Shown here: in pieces, positions 12,707-25,834 of the stretch
How the letters are laid out: the number at the start of each line of letters is the position of its first letter
Position numbering within the stretch: position 1 is the stretch's first letter
NCBI GenBank assembly: GCA_030390025.1
Contig: CM059432.1
Span: 94,366,001 to 94,426,000, forward strand
Reading direction: 5' to 3'
Source: Squalus acanthias
Lineage: Eukaryota
Length of the DNA stretch: 60,000 bases
Notes under the pieces: model-generated
What the model was told of the DNA's origin: nothing
Seen by the model: the letters and a program-made list of their open reading frames with translations, nothing else
Databases searched by the model: none
Position numbers and translations under genes: made by a program

Positions 12707-13913
12707 TTACACGAATCTGGCATGGATGAGTGCATCCCTTGCCTGACGGCCAGCAATGTGGTCGTCTGCTGCTGGATTGGGCACATCCGGCCCCGCAAGG
12801 CGTTGCTCCCCGTCCTCTTCCTCATCCTTTGAGGAGGCTGTGCACTGAGCCACTTGTTCGTCCGGCAGCACTAAGCCACGCTGCTGTGCGATGTTGTGCA
12901 GGGCACAGCAGACCACGACGATTCTGGACATCCTGGCTGGTGCATACTGCAAGGCTCCTCTAGATCTGTCTAGGCATCGGAAGCGCATTTTGAGCAAGCC
13001 GATGGTTTGCTCGATGATGCTTCTGGTGGATATGTGGCTCAAATTGTACCACTCCTCAGCATCGTTTGATGGCCTCCTCATTGGGGTCATAAGGCACTTT
13101 TTCAGAGGATAGCCCTTGTTGCCAAGAAGCCATCCGGAAAGTTGGTTTGGCAGATGGAAGAGCTGAGGCACAGTAGACTGGCGCAGGATGAAGGAGTCAT
13201 GGCAACTGCCAGGGTACTTTGCGCAAACATGCATGATGATCTTCCTGTGGTTACACACCAGCTGGACGTTCAGGGAGTGAATCCCTTGCGGTTGACAAAT
13301 ACAGCTGGGTTGTGATAGGGGACCCTAATGGCTACATGTGTGTAGTCAATGACGCCCTGCACCATTGGCAAGCCTGTCATATTGGCAAAGCCAACTGTGC
13401 GCGCCGTCACACTTGGGCCATCCGTGGAGAAGTGGATGTAATTGTGCGCCTTTGCAAAGAGGGCATCGGTGACCTGCGTGATGCAAGTGTGTGCGGCCGA
13501 CTGGGAGATGCTGCTGATGATCCCTGGAAGGAGCCTGAAGCAAAGAAGTTGAGTGCGGTGGTGACTTTGACAGCAACTGGCAAGGAGTGTCCACCCGCTC
13601 CTCTGGGCTCCAGGTGTTGGTGCAGCATTGCGCAGATGTCAGTGACTACGTCTCTCGAAAGTCACAGCCTCCTTTGGCACTGATGCTCAGTCATGCTGAG
13701 AAAGCTGATCCTCTGCCTGTAAACCCTATGTTGGGGGTATCTCCGGCGGCGAGGTGCAGCCCTGCGCTGAGGCCCACTGCCCTGTGCATCGTCAGGTGGG
13801 TGAGGAGGAGGTTGGCGCTCCTGGTGCTGGTGTTGTGGCTGGTTGTGGTGCTGCTGCGGCTGTTCTTCCTCCGAATCTGACGACGAGGATGAGAGGATAT
13901 AAATATTTCCCAT
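12707..13913 (-). pseudogene. B3 Harbinger transposase, frameshifted
   Basis: [31 protein letters not shown] and [16 protein letters not shown] in different frames; catalytic GDKGY reads GNKGY. Confidence 0.9.
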
Positions 13914-14819
13914 CCCATAGCTATAGATTTCACTTGAGGCAAGAAGCTTGCAAGCGCACAGTCGAAGTGGCCTGAAATTATTCCAATCAGGTCACACTGC
14001 AGATGGCTGTCAGCTTGAACAGTCATGGTCAGTAGATTTGCAAAATCTTATCCCAAACCTCCAACAATAAGGTTGTTGCATTTGAATTTCAGCCATGTTT
14101 CAGGGGCACTTTTAAAGTGCTGCACCAATTACTACAAATCATCTCCTCCAGCAACTCATCTCCTTGCAGCTGGCCTGTTTCTGACAAGATGGGAAACAGG
14201 AGCCAGAAGCACGGAAATGGGAAACCACTATCAAAATAGGATTAGCAAGGCAGTTAACAGGCTGTTAACTGCCTTAACTACCTGTCCCACCGGTTCCAGT
14301 CGGGTCAGTTTGGGAGCGGCTGAACCGACACTCACGAAATTCGCGTGGGGGCGGGATGGAGGCGGGTTGACAGTCTGAAGCCATTTTTTCCGATTTTCGC
14401 TGCCGACCCGCCTCCAAACCCGCCTCCTCAGGGCTATTAAAATCGAGTCCATGGGGTCTTCGATTGGTGGAAAACAGCTGGCAGCTATCTAGTGAGGAAC
14501 CAAAGCTTTGCTACAAATTGCAGGGCTCCATTATTGACCCCATGACATTTTAATAGTGACAGCTGGAGCTCAGCTAAAGAATCTGGTAATGATCAGCCGA
14601 TGCTACTGTCTCATGCACATCAACCACGTTGTTCAGTCACTCTTCATCATGCTCATCTATTGAAAGCTGCTGTATATCAGTCTCCCGCTTGTTCACACCT
14701 CTCTTGATTATGGAGCAAGCAGCACACCATCACTATTTTGGACGCTTTCTTTGTGGCAAATTGCAAGGTGCTCCCTCAATTACTCCAAAACACTGCTCAC
14801 AACACGATTTTGGCATGAG

Positions 14820-15741
14820 CTTCACTATAGGGATCCTTAGCCCTAATGGTCACCCTCACCCAAGGTTCACAACTCCTCAGATAATGAAGCAGTCCATGCC
14901 CGCATGCAACAAGACCTGGACGACGTTCAGGCTTGGGCTGATAGGTGGCAGGTAACATTCGTGCCACAGAAGTGCCAGGCAATGACTATCTCCAACAAGC
15001 GAGAGTCTAACCACTGACCCTTGACATTCAATAGCATTATCATCGCCGAATCCCCCACCATCAACATCCTGGGGGTCACCATTGACCAGAAACTAAACTG
15101 GACCAGCCACATAAATACTGTGGTAACAAGAGCAGGTCAGAGGCTAGGTATTCTGTGGCGAGTGTCTCACCTCCTGACTCCCCAAAGCCTTTCTACCATC
15201 TACAAGGCACAAGTAAGGAGTGTGATAGAATACTCTCCACTTGCCTGGATGAGTGCAGCTCCAACAACACTCAAGAAGCTCGACACCATCCAGGACAAAG
15301 CAGCCCGCTTGATTGGCACCCTATCCACCACATTAAACATTCACTCCCTCCACCACCGGCGTACCGTGGCTGCAGTGTGTACCATCTACAAGATGTACTG
15401 CAGCAACTCGCCGAGGCTTCTTTGGCACCGCCTCCCAAACCCGCGACCTCTTCCACCTAGAAGGACAAGGGCTGCAGGCGCATGGGAACACCACCACCTC
15501 CACGTTCCCCTCCAAGTCACACACCATCCTGACTTGGAAGTATATCGCCGATCCTTCATCGTCGCTTCATCGTCAAAATCCTGGAACTCCCTACCTAACA
15601 GCATTGTGGGAGTACCTTCACCACACGGACTGCAGCGGTTCAAGAAGGCGGCTCACCACCACCTGCTCAAGGACAATTAGGGATGGGCAATAAATGCTGG
15701 CCTTGCCAGCGACGCCCACATCCCATAAACGAATAAAAAAA
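14820..15741 (+). mobile_element. 3' end of a second non-LTR retrotransposon family (CR1/L2 group)
   Basis: RT C-terminus ILGVTIDQKLNWTSHI...IYKAQVRSVIEYS...WNSLP; 3' UTR GCCTTGCCAGCGACGCCCACATCCC plus an A-rich tail. Confidence 0.88.
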
Positions 15742-15833
15742 GATAGTTAGAAATCCCCAGAAGGCATCCATCCAGCCTGCTATCTTCTTGGAACAGGTCT
15801 TGCATGTTGGAATCTCACAAAATAAAGAGTCAT

Positions 15834-16481
15834 GGGGGCGAAATTCGGCTCCTTTACGCCTGCCGTTAGTGTCTCTGGGGGACGCTAATGGGGCGCAAAG
15901 GGATTATTGCCATGCCCTTACCGCCCTGCGGCAGAAATTTGGCTGCACCCTACGAGGCTGCTGCGGGCGGTGTTAGCGCCAGCCTCACGGGTCATGAACC
16001 GGGCCAACCTCCGCTCGCGGGGCGGTAGTTAAAGGGGAGGTGAGGCCACGACTCGCGCCACCGTTTTCTTTTTTTGGCCGACCTCCAGGTTGGCCCTCTG
16101 TGGAGGGCCGTGGCGTGGTCCTGGCCGCCATCGCGCAGCCTGGCATCGCGTTTCGGTGCCATAGCACCACACCACCCTGGTAGCATAGTTGGGGCCATCG
16201 GAGGCCCTAGAGTGCGCAGCGGCCCTCCCCTTTAACTGAAGGGGAGGGGCGTTGAAACGTGGCAGCGCTCCGTGGAGCCTCCACAGAGCGCTGCCAATTG
16301 CGCCTTGAAATCGTCTTAGTTACCGCCCCACCAGGAAGTGGAGCGTCGACATTGTGCTCCACTTCCTGGGCGAGCGGTAAGGAGAATTTTGCGGCCGGGG
16401 CCGAACTGCCTTGCCAGGTGCAGGATGTCCCGCCTCGCCAGCGTTACCGCTCCAAAACAGGGCGCTACCGAATATCACACC
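15834..16481 (-). mobile_element. Non-autonomous Harbinger (MITE) with family A-like ends
   Basis: TIRs GGGGGCGAAATTCGG / CCGAATATCACACC and TSD CAT. Reverse complement of the right end resembles the A1 left end. Confidence 0.75.
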
Positions 16482-16793
16482 CATAGCACCTCCTAGCAGA
16501 CCTGGCCTTAACGTGAAAGATGCTCAAGTTGACATCACACACTGTTGTACACTGTCTGAATAATATCCTTTTCTATTTGTAGGGCATGACTTGGCTTAAT
16601 GGAGCCCAAATGGGACCTGTGTACAATCAGTAATGACCTGAACCCTTAAAAAGCTGCCAATATCAAAGAAGCCTCTGTCCAGTGCACAAGTGTGCATAAT
16701 GGGGTGCATGCCTCAGGACCTCGGTAACATTTTGGATGCTGATAAATGGCTCAACGTTGTCAAATCCCCATGGATTCTAAAGGATAAAATATT

Positions 16794-17579
16794 GACCTGG
16801 AATTTGCGGTCCTGATGACAGCGAACTGGTAGCGTTCGCCGTCATCTCGCCTTTGAAACTGACCGCAACTTCAGGATTTATCGCATGCGCAGCCTAATAC
16901 GGAAATCCTAAAGTTGCGGTCTGTCATTCACTGCTACTCCACAGGCTGCGCTGTCTCCCCCTCGTCCCCACCCCACAGAGCCGGCAATCAGTGAAATCTC
17001 TCAAATCAGGGAAACTGACAAAAACTATGGCTCATCCGTGTTAATTACGCTGTTAAATACCCATTAAAAGTTAGACCCTTTTGGATTAGATGTAACTATG
17101 TATTAACAGTGTATTGATTGCTAAGCAAAGGTTATGAACCTTAATAACTAATTTTAATTTTGTGGAGTGTCAACTTTATCCATTTTAATAAAAATTTTAA
17201 TTAACATTTTTAAGGAACTTTAAAATTATTATTTTTTTTAAAGTTTGTTCATCTTTATTTCAGGTTTGCCTTTTCCCCATGTGAGACCCCCAATCTTTGT
17301 TTTGCTCTCTCTAACATTTTTAAAAAGTTAGAATCAAAGGAGCTTACCCACTTCCTTGTTGGCTGTCTGTGAGAATTCCACATTTTGATTGGCTGCTTAG
17401 ACAGCTTGCCGACGTCACAGTAGCTCTTCGCTGGGAATCCCCATTAACATCTGTTGATTTCAATTACGTGTCGGAAAACCCGAAATTCTCACCACAGAGA
17501 TCATGAAATCTTTGTGTAAAGCTTACTTTGGGCCAGCAGCGAATCAAAGGCATTCGCCGCTGACCGCAAATTCCAGGCC
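16794..17579. mobile_element. Harbinger-type MITE
   Basis: 18-bp TIRs GACCTGGAATTTGCGGTC / GACCGCAAATTCCAGGCC (1 mismatch) and TSD ATT. Confidence 0.85.
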
Positions 17580-18523
17580 ATTGTGCCTGGTCACTTTAAG
17601 AGACACAAGCATAGCTATGCTCATGGTGGACTGCCCTTTCACCGGAGTGGCACAACTCAGTAACTAGCTCCCAGGGTAACCACAGGCATTACATGCAGTG
17701 CTTTACAGCCATATCCAGGTAATTGGTGCTGAGGCAGCAGACACATTGGCCCGGATTTTGCAGTCAGCGGCGAAGGGACAGTGCTCGCTAAGTGGCATGC
17801 ATGTGAGTGCACTTGTCATAATTGCTTGAATTCATATTATATACTGTAATTATGACTGTTACATGCTGTCAAATCTTAACTTTTAGATTCTGAGCTGGTC
17901 CAGGGAAATTTTAGTCTCCTTGGGCAGGTTAATTTCTTAAGTTTTTAGCTTACATATTGTCATTAAAAATGAACAGTAATATTGGAGTAGTGAAGCTACT
18001 CAAATGTTAGCAGTAGCGTTAAACTATATACCACTGGAGTTAAAAAAAAAAGTAATAAAAAAAAACACTACTTCATACCTCATCTTCTCCTTTCCTCATT
18101 CTCTCCCTTATATTTTTATTATTAACAAGTCCGATTTACCTGTTCTTATCCTTTTTTCTCTCTTAAACGCTATGTTAAAAATGATTTTCTGGGGTTGGTC
18201 GGGAAGTTAAAATTTGAAAAATTTCAAACCCGACCCCACCCGGCCACTTCCGGTTTTAACGGAGGCGGGTCAGGGCCGGGCGACCAATCCGCTCTCAGGA
18301 GGTGGGTCAGTCGGTAAAAGCTTTTAAGGAAGCTGAGTGCCTCCATATTTACAAGCTTTTTATTTTTTACCCATTTCGGCAGAGCTTCACGGGCCTCAGG
18401 AAACCTTGCACGTAAAAGTAGGCGAGAAGGGTCGGGTCCATAAGGTAAGTGCATTTACAGCACTGCTTGTGGGCCAGGAGGAGCAGGAGTATTTCTTCCA
18501 GGCCAAACAAGTTTACCTACTTC

Positions 18524-19043
18524 GATAGCAAAATACTGCGGATGCTGGAAATCCGAAATAATCCTCACCTTTCGTTTCGGCACGCTACAGCCCTCTGGAC
18601 ACAACATGGAGTTCAACAATTTCAGATCATAACCACGGCCCCTATCGTATATATGTATATTTTATTTTTTCATCCACCCTTTTGTTTGGCCCTTTTTTTT
18701 CTTCCCTCCCTGAAGCTGGCAGCTGTCCTTCATTCCACCAGCGCATTTCACACTTCATCTAGCCTCAACCTGTCACATTACCACCTCCTCTCGCCTTGAA
18801 TATCTCTTAATGTCTCTCAATGCCTCTTAATCTCTCCTGCCTTCTATACTACCACTGACCTTCCCTTTTGTTCTTTCATCCCCTCCCCCTTTTCCCAGGA
18901 TTATACTTGCTTTAAATCTATTTCATTTCCTGCTTTTTTCCAGTTCTGACGAAAGGTCTTCGACCTGAAACGTTAACTCTGTTTCTCTCTCCACGGATGC
19001 TGCCTGGCCTGCTGAGTTTTTCCAGCGTTTTCTGTTGTTATTT
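18524..19043 (+). mobile_element. Penelope-like element 3' fragment with an inverted terminal piece
   Basis: Homologous to 46360-46817; flanked by the 15-bp TSD AAGTTTACCTACTTC. 18527-18561 is the reverse complement of the element terminus seen at 30760-30797. Confidence 0.85.
18942..18978 (+). ncRNA. Minimal type I hammerhead ribozyme motif
   Basis: AGTT-CTGACGA-A-AGGTC TTC GACCT-GAAAC-GTT-AACT. Confidence 0.75.
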
Positions 19044-19457
19044 AAGTTTACCTACTTCCCTTGCTGCGATTGCCGATTCCCCCTAATCTCCCTCCACCTC
19101 AACGCTCTCCCCGCCTCCGCATCACGATCTGCCCGCCGAACGAGATCTCTCCCTCCGAACAAGATCTGCACCCCTGACCACTTTCTACACCCACCCACCC
19201 ACCCATCCACGATCTCTCCCTCCCTCCCTACCTGCTCTCTGTTCCTCGGCTCTGGCCTTGTGTCACAGGCTTGCCTGCTCAATAGGCAGGCAGCCTGTCA
19301 AACAGGTGGGCTGTTGGGCGGGAAACCTGGTGAAAAATTTTTAAATATGTCCTGCAGTTAATTTCCGCAGGACGTCCATCAAACCCGTACTTCTGGGTTT
19401 CCCATCCAGAACTCCTCCACCCCCTCCCCGTTCCCTCCCCATTATTGCAGCCCCCAT

Positions 19458-19735
19458 GAGTTCAAATCCCACCATGTTATGAAACTGAATTCAATAAATC
19501 TGGTAATTTGTCGTATAGCATCAGAAAAACGCCTTGCCAGTGACGCCCACATCCCATAAACGAATTAAAAAAAAATGTTGCCAGATTGTCATGAAGACTG
19601 AAATGATTCACTAATTCCTTCAGGTAAGGGAACCTGCCACCCCTACTTGTGACTCTAGACCGCCTTCTGAAGTGGCCTAGGAAGCCACTCCGTCATCACG
19701 CTAACTATGGATGGAAAATAAATGCAGCTCTGCCC
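19458..19735 (+). mobile_element. Degenerate tRNA-derived SINE with an inserted 45-bp LINE tail (19531-19575)
   Basis: B-box GAGTTCAAATCCC. The 3' end GGATGGAAAATAAATGC resembles the LINE tail at 15681-15700. Confidence 0.55.
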
Positions 19736-20159
19736 TCTTAGGCCAACAAATAAATAAACAAACTACCCAATTGCACCTGGACAAATAAACTCACCTGTGG
19801 CAATGGTTATCAAAAGGTATTTTTCACAAAAGATAGAGGGGAAGAATTTCAGTACAACCCTGTGTGGGGCACTATTATCGGCCGGGCGCAAAGTTTAGCG
19901 CCCGGCGCTAATTATTGCCTCCGACTGCAATCTTGGCCTCTATCGCCCCTGGAGGTGATTTGAGTGCTAAATCAGGCGCTACACACCTGTCTTAAGCCAC
20001 TAATGTCGAGGAGCGAGGCGCTACCTCAGAGCGCCACCGAAGCTCAGGTGATGTCAGTTAGCAATGGAACATGGACAGACTGGCGCCGGCCAGTTCTTAA
20101 AGGGGAGGGGCCATGTTGCTGTCCAGCCACACCCTGCTCATTGCAGCCTTGGTGACGGG

Positions 20160-21906
20160 CACTGCTCTACCCACAGAGTGGCAGGAGGCCATTGCCCCGT
20201 GAATACAGAAGAGTCTGGAGGGAGGTGGCTCAGCACGTCTCCTCGAGGAGCCTGGTGCCGAGGACCCACACCCAATGTCGTAAGAAGTTCAACGACCTCA
20301 CTCGGGTGGTCAGAGTGAGTGGCTGCTTTTCAATACCTCTACATCCCTCCATCTCAACTTCACTCTGTGCCCAGAGGGTTTAAAACCCCCAAATTCCCAA
20401 CACTCATCCAAGACCTATGGCCATCTCATAAAACACACAAGCACATTCCACACCTTGCATACATTAAGGCTATTCAACTATAGGAGGCACATCAGGCAAG
20501 CACATGGCTGCATACATTAAGGGCTATTCAACTATAGGAGGCACATCAGGCAAGCACATGGCTGCACATTCACTCAGATACCGTCCTTTTTCTTGCAGGC
20601 CAAGCTCTCTCATAACAGGCGGCAGCAGCAACGCACAGGAGGAGGATCAGCTGACCTACCGACCTTCACCGATTTGGAGGCGCACGTGCACAGGATCATT
20701 GCCAGCCAGGTCATAGGTGCCGTGGCCGCTGGAGATGTCGACTCCCTTGGGAACAGCAATGCTATGTTCATCAGCTTTCTCTCCTCTCTCATTCCACTTG
20801 TCCCTCACAACACCAGCCTTTTACACTTTCAATCCAACTTACTAAATGTCTCCAGTCCTTGCTCCCTTACTGCCCCCCTGTCCTGACGCTAAAGCCACTC
20901 TTCTACCGCCCTGCTTTCAGATAGTGAACCACCAGCTGAGCAGCCTGCTCCTCAACCTACCAGCGGGAGCGATGGCCCAGGCGAGGAGGAAGAGGAAGCC
21001 GGAGCCTCAGCGCCAGCGTCTCCCGAGGGAGCCAATGCCCACACTGGGACCACGCCTTCCCTGGAAGGGAGCAGGGGGGAAGGGTCTGACGAGGACGAAG
21101 CTCCGGGACCCAGCAGGCTGCAGCAACGCCATGGGGGTAGGGAAGCTCGGGGACCATCTCCCCGGAGGGAAAGTAGGCAAGTGAGTCCTGCTGCACAGGA
21201 CTCAGATGAGGACTGCGTCATCGCGGCCATGAATAGCTAGGCCTTGAGCATGCACACTGAGCTCATGGGTGCAATGGCAAGGGTGCCCGAAAGCATGGAT
21301 GGACAGGCTAAGAGTGTGGAGCAGTCCGCTGCAGCACAGGCCGACGCAACGCAATGGCTTAGTGCTGCAATTCAGTCATTGGCTGGTGCCACCCACTCTC
21401 AGACTGCTCTCATGCAGTCTCAGATTGATGTCACGCAAGCACTGACTGCTGCCATCCTCGCTGGGTCGGCCACATTGCCTCAGGGCTCTCATGGCGCCGC
21501 AACAGGTCAGCAATCTGTGCTCGAGCAGATTGCTCCGGATGCTGAGGTACTGCCCCGTGGGAGTGCCAGTGTGTCGGTTGAGCAGGAAGGTGCTGTCCTC
21601 TCTCAGGATGACAGCATTCCTGCTCCCACCACTGGCACTTCCCCATTGCACTTGCCACGGCCTGCAACACAGCCAGCCCAGACTGCTGCCGCCCATGCAG
21701 AGTTGGTGCAGTCTGCAGCTGGGGCCTCCAGGCCCAGAGCTGGTTGAGGGCGTCCTTCAAGGGCATCTGTAGTCTCTGGATCTGACATTCAGCAGCCTTC
21801 CACCAGCCTTGCTGCAGCCACTGGGGCCCCATTACGGAGGAGCAGTAGGGTGGGAAGGGGGGAAGTGCGCAGGGGATGGAGATCACCCTCGAAGGGCAAA
21901 CAGTAG
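20160..21906 (+). pseudogene. A2 Myb/SANT gene remnant
   Basis: Start of exon 1 deleted, exon 2 donor mutated (GT>CT near 20762), stops in exon 3. Confidence 0.85.
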
Positions 21907-22191
21907 GAGGTGTAAATAAATGGTGGGAATGTTTGTGGTAAAGGTCGAGGTTCGTGTGAATACATTTGTTTACTGTTTTGCCGTTTATCTCCGTCTTGTG
22001 AGAACTCGTTCTGTTAGTTCATGATATGTTGTGTTTGTTTCTAATTGTTTGTCCTGAATAAATGACACACACAGGTTATTAAAGAAAAAAGCTTTTGTAT
22101 TCAAAATTGACATTTTTACCCTTTGCAATCATTCCAGGTTTGACCGGCAATAGGGGGTGTGGGTTGCTTTCCATGATGTTGTTCTCCATGT

Positions 22192-23325
22192 CTAGAAGTG
22201 GCTTCTTATCAGCCGTTCACGGACGGCCCTTGCACTGGCAACATTGTGTGCCTCCCTCCCACATTGGTGCTGCTGATCCTCCTCTTCCTCCTCAGGTGGT
22301 GCACCAATCCCTGATGGCATTGGCTGGGTCCTCAGGATTGCCAGGTTGTGAAGCATGCAGCACACAACTATGAACAGGGAGACTCGCTCAGAAGATTACT
22401 GCAGGGCTCCTCCTGAGTGGTCCAGACAGCGGAACCGTTACTTCAGCATGTCGATCGTCTGCTCAATGATGGTCCTGGTGGCGAGATGGCTCTCATTATA
22501 CCACAGCTCGGCAGGGGTGTTGGGGTTACAGAGTGGTGTCATCAGCCAGGTGCAGAGTGGATAACCCTTGTCCCCGAGGAGCCATCCACTTGGGTGATGC
22601 GGTGCCTGGAAAAGGTCTGGCTCACCAGTCTGGCGCAGGATAAAAGCATCGTGGCTGCTGCCAGGATAGCGGGCATTGACGGCGAGTATGAGCTGTCTGT
22701 GGTCACAGACCAACTGCACATTTAAGGAGTGGTAGCCCTTGCGGTTTTGGAATACCTCTGCATTTTCATGCGGTGCCCGCAATGCCACATGCGTGCAGTC
22801 AATGGCGCCCTGCACCATGGGGAAGCCCGCTATCCTAGCAAAGTCACATGCGTGTTCATGCTGTTTGGTCCGGGTCATAGGGAAAGAGATGTACTGGCGT
22901 TTCCTTTTATAGAGGGCATTTGTCACCTCCCGGATACAACAATGGACAGCGAACTGGGAGATATTGGTGATGTCCCCAGTAGCAGCTTGAAAGGAGCCGG
23001 TGACATAAAAATTCAGAGCCACTGTCACCTTCACTGCCACTGACAGAGACGTCCTGGTCCTCAGTTGAGGCTACAGATCTGGTTGCAGCAGTTGGCAGAG
23101 CTCAGTGACCACCTCCTTGCTGAAGCGCAGCCTGCGCAAACACTGCTCCTTAGACAAATGAAGGTATGAGAACTGTTCCCGGAATACCCTGGGAGGGTAA
23201 GGTCTCCTGTGCAGAGGCCTGTTGGCCCTCCTCCCTCTGGCCATGTTTGCCACTCTCTCTCTGCGTCTCTGCTGCCTCCGATTCTGCAGGTGCAGGACGA
23301 CGCCCCGATTCAGTGCAGCCCCCAC
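22192..23325 (-). pseudogene. A2 Harbinger transposase, frameshifted
   Basis: ORFs 23071-23325 and 22438-23040 (AIDCTH, LGDKGY, IIEQTI). Confidence 0.92.
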
Positions 23326-24479
23326 AGTCTCTTCTAAATCGCTGCAATGAAGGTCAAATCAAAATGAACCTACAAAATGCTGCTCAGGACCCAAAACTCC
23401 TTCACACTGCGTTGAATCTCTCCAGACGTCTCTCCCTCTCAGAATGCGTGGTGCAAAAATGTCTCCGACAAAAAAAGGCAGGAAGCAGCCGCCTTTAAAT
23501 AGCGCTCCCCCAGCCCCTTCCCGACTGCAAAATGTTCCCCTCTACTTGTTGTTGCTAGCGGCAGGTGGAAAGGCAGGGGGTGCGACTCAATTTCCGGTCC
23601 TGGGCACTACTGGGGCGTTGCATGCTCGACTGACGTCACGATCTGTGGGCGCAGGAGATCGTGGCGGTAGTGTTTAACGCCGCTGCAAAATGACTGGTCA
23701 ATTTCGCGAGCGGCGCTAACATCGCCGCGCTCAGGCGCTACCTTCCTAGCGCCCTGTTAGCGCCCCCTGGAGGCTCTAACGGAAGGCGCTAAGCAACCAA
23801 ATTTTTCCCCCAGACTTTTTCTGTGGAGAACATTAACTGAAAGAAGGACCAGCAAATATCATGTAACTTTCTGATAAATGTGTTTACCTCCATATAAAAT
23901 AATTGTTCAGAATGTTGTAGTAAAGGGAGAATATTTTGAAGATTACTGTGGAAAATCTACTTTAGCTTTTATGTTCATGGAAGATCTCGCAGAAAGAGTA
24001 CTATAATATTCATCATGTACTAAATCCTGATTAATGATGTACAAGTATAACAGAGTGTTGTTACAAGGCTGTAGCACCAGAGGCGTGGAGATGTCATAAA
24101 CCCAGTGAGTAAAGATTTCTATTTTTTGTTTTTGCTTTTGCTCGTGGGGTTGTCATGGTAGACAGTGACTGTCATCTTCTACTTATGTACCACGTAATTA
24201 GGCTAGAAGTTGCAGTGGGATTTATTTTACTGGATAATACAAAGAGCAAAATCTTCTTATTGGCCCTACACAAATGGTAACAAACAAGGTGAGGAAATAT
24301 CTGACAGTAATCTGATTCAGGGTTCTGATCGTGTTACAACTACCATATCAACTCAATTGCCATTTGACATGAATAGGTTAATACCTCCATTACTATACTG
24401 GACAGAGAAATTTCTTACAAACACATTGGCACAGAACTTGCTGAACAAATAACAGCATGTGAATGACTCACGCAGTTAA

Positions 24480-25095
24480 TAATGTGCAAATCGGCCAGGA
24501 AGAGATACCCAGTGAATTACAAATCACCACAAGTTGCTGGTCAATTTGCGCCGCTCCACCATTAGCTTCGTGAAAACAGCATCACGCCCTTAACATCACC
24601 GTGATTTTCATGAATTTGCTGCATTTGTACATTAATTGCCCATTAAATTCACCACAGAAATTACGTCAAGTAATTAATAGCGCAAGTAGCCTTTTAATGA
24701 TGTGATAATTGTTAATGTCTACCAATCAACCTCTCTTTCCCAGAGAAAAAACAATTAAAGTGTGGAGTCTCATTCCTTCAGGTAGTGAATTTTTATTGGA
24801 GATTTAAAAAATGTCAAATGTTAAAATTTAATTTTTTCCCCTTACTTTTCCTTTTTGTCTCCTTTTTGTCTCTCTCATAATCCAATCTTTCTTTTCCTCT
24901 CTTTATTTCTCTTTTAATACCTCATCTGAAATTGAATTCACCCACACTAATTCACCCAGATGCCCTGGTTGCGTCGTTATCAGCTCGCACTTCCAGCAAC
25001 TTTGTGGGCAAAAAGTCTTTGAGCTGAAGGGTGCACGAACAAGTCTAACTAACAGGGTACGCCATGAGATGCACCACTCCAGCAAATTCTAGGCC
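24480..25095. mobile_element. Old MITE related to 16794-17579
   Basis: Right end GCAAATTCTAGGCC followed by ATT; similar internal AT-rich blocks. Left end unclear. Confidence 0.5.
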
Positions 25096-25834
25096 ATTAA
25101 GTGTTTGTATACCAATAAATGAAGAGCCTCATCTCAAGACAAAACATGAGACTACTGCCTTGAAATCTTTATGTCAAAATGTTCAGCTTTTGAATTGACT
25201 TTGTGCCACCTCTGGCTGCCAGGACATTCTGTGCAGCCAGTGGGGTACATTCTGACTTTGGGCGATAGTGTAACATGTGTGATAGTGAATCGGCAACCCG
25301 TTTTACATCTCTCCAGATTTTTATTTCATTAGTGCCAGTATATAATTTATAGTATAAGGTAGTCATTTTGTTTCAAGGACCTAGATTTTGCAGAGTACTT
25401 GTACCTTCCATTCACCCACATCTAGATATGGTATTTTCATTTCAATCACATTCTAGCTTTTAGCAATTATCTCTTGATCAGGTACTTTGTGTCACAGTAT
25501 TGTATTTGAATTTCAGAGCATAAGGCCTATGTAATCAGAAACAAAAAGGTAGGATGAAATCAAGTCTAAGAATGTTACTGAATAATGAGAATGTCAGTGG
25601 GTAATAATGCAGCCAACAAGTATTACAGTCACAAATTAAACAGTATCTAAGGATGGCATTATTTAAATAGGTAAATTAAAAAATGATATCATCAAATAGT
25701 ATGCAGTAAGATGAGACTACTGAAAACATCAGTTCCATTAAACCTATTAAACTGTCTTATTGGGCTCCCAAATGAATTGGTACTAGACTAAGGTAGAGAC
25801 AAACATATTCATGTGCTTGGTTTTGAAACTCTAC

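Larger units (their letters stand above)
11633..14450 (+). mobile_element. Harbinger family B, copy B3 (internally deleted)
   Basis: TIRs GGCCGCAAATTTAAT / ATTAAAATCGAGTCC and TSD ATG. Retains Myb exon 1 and transposase remnants. Confidence 0.85.
18185..19453. mobile_element. GC-rich non-autonomous DNA-transposon-like relic interrupted by a Penelope insertion
   Basis: GGAGGCGGG/CCCG motifs as in family B derivatives. Sequence is continuous across the Penelope TSD; ends are unclear. Confidence 0.45.
19838..23811 (+). mobile_element. Harbinger family A, copy A2 (decayed)
   Basis: TIRs GGGGAAGAATTTCAGT / ACCAAATTTTTCCCCC and TSD AGA; colinear with A1 and A3. Confidence 0.93.
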
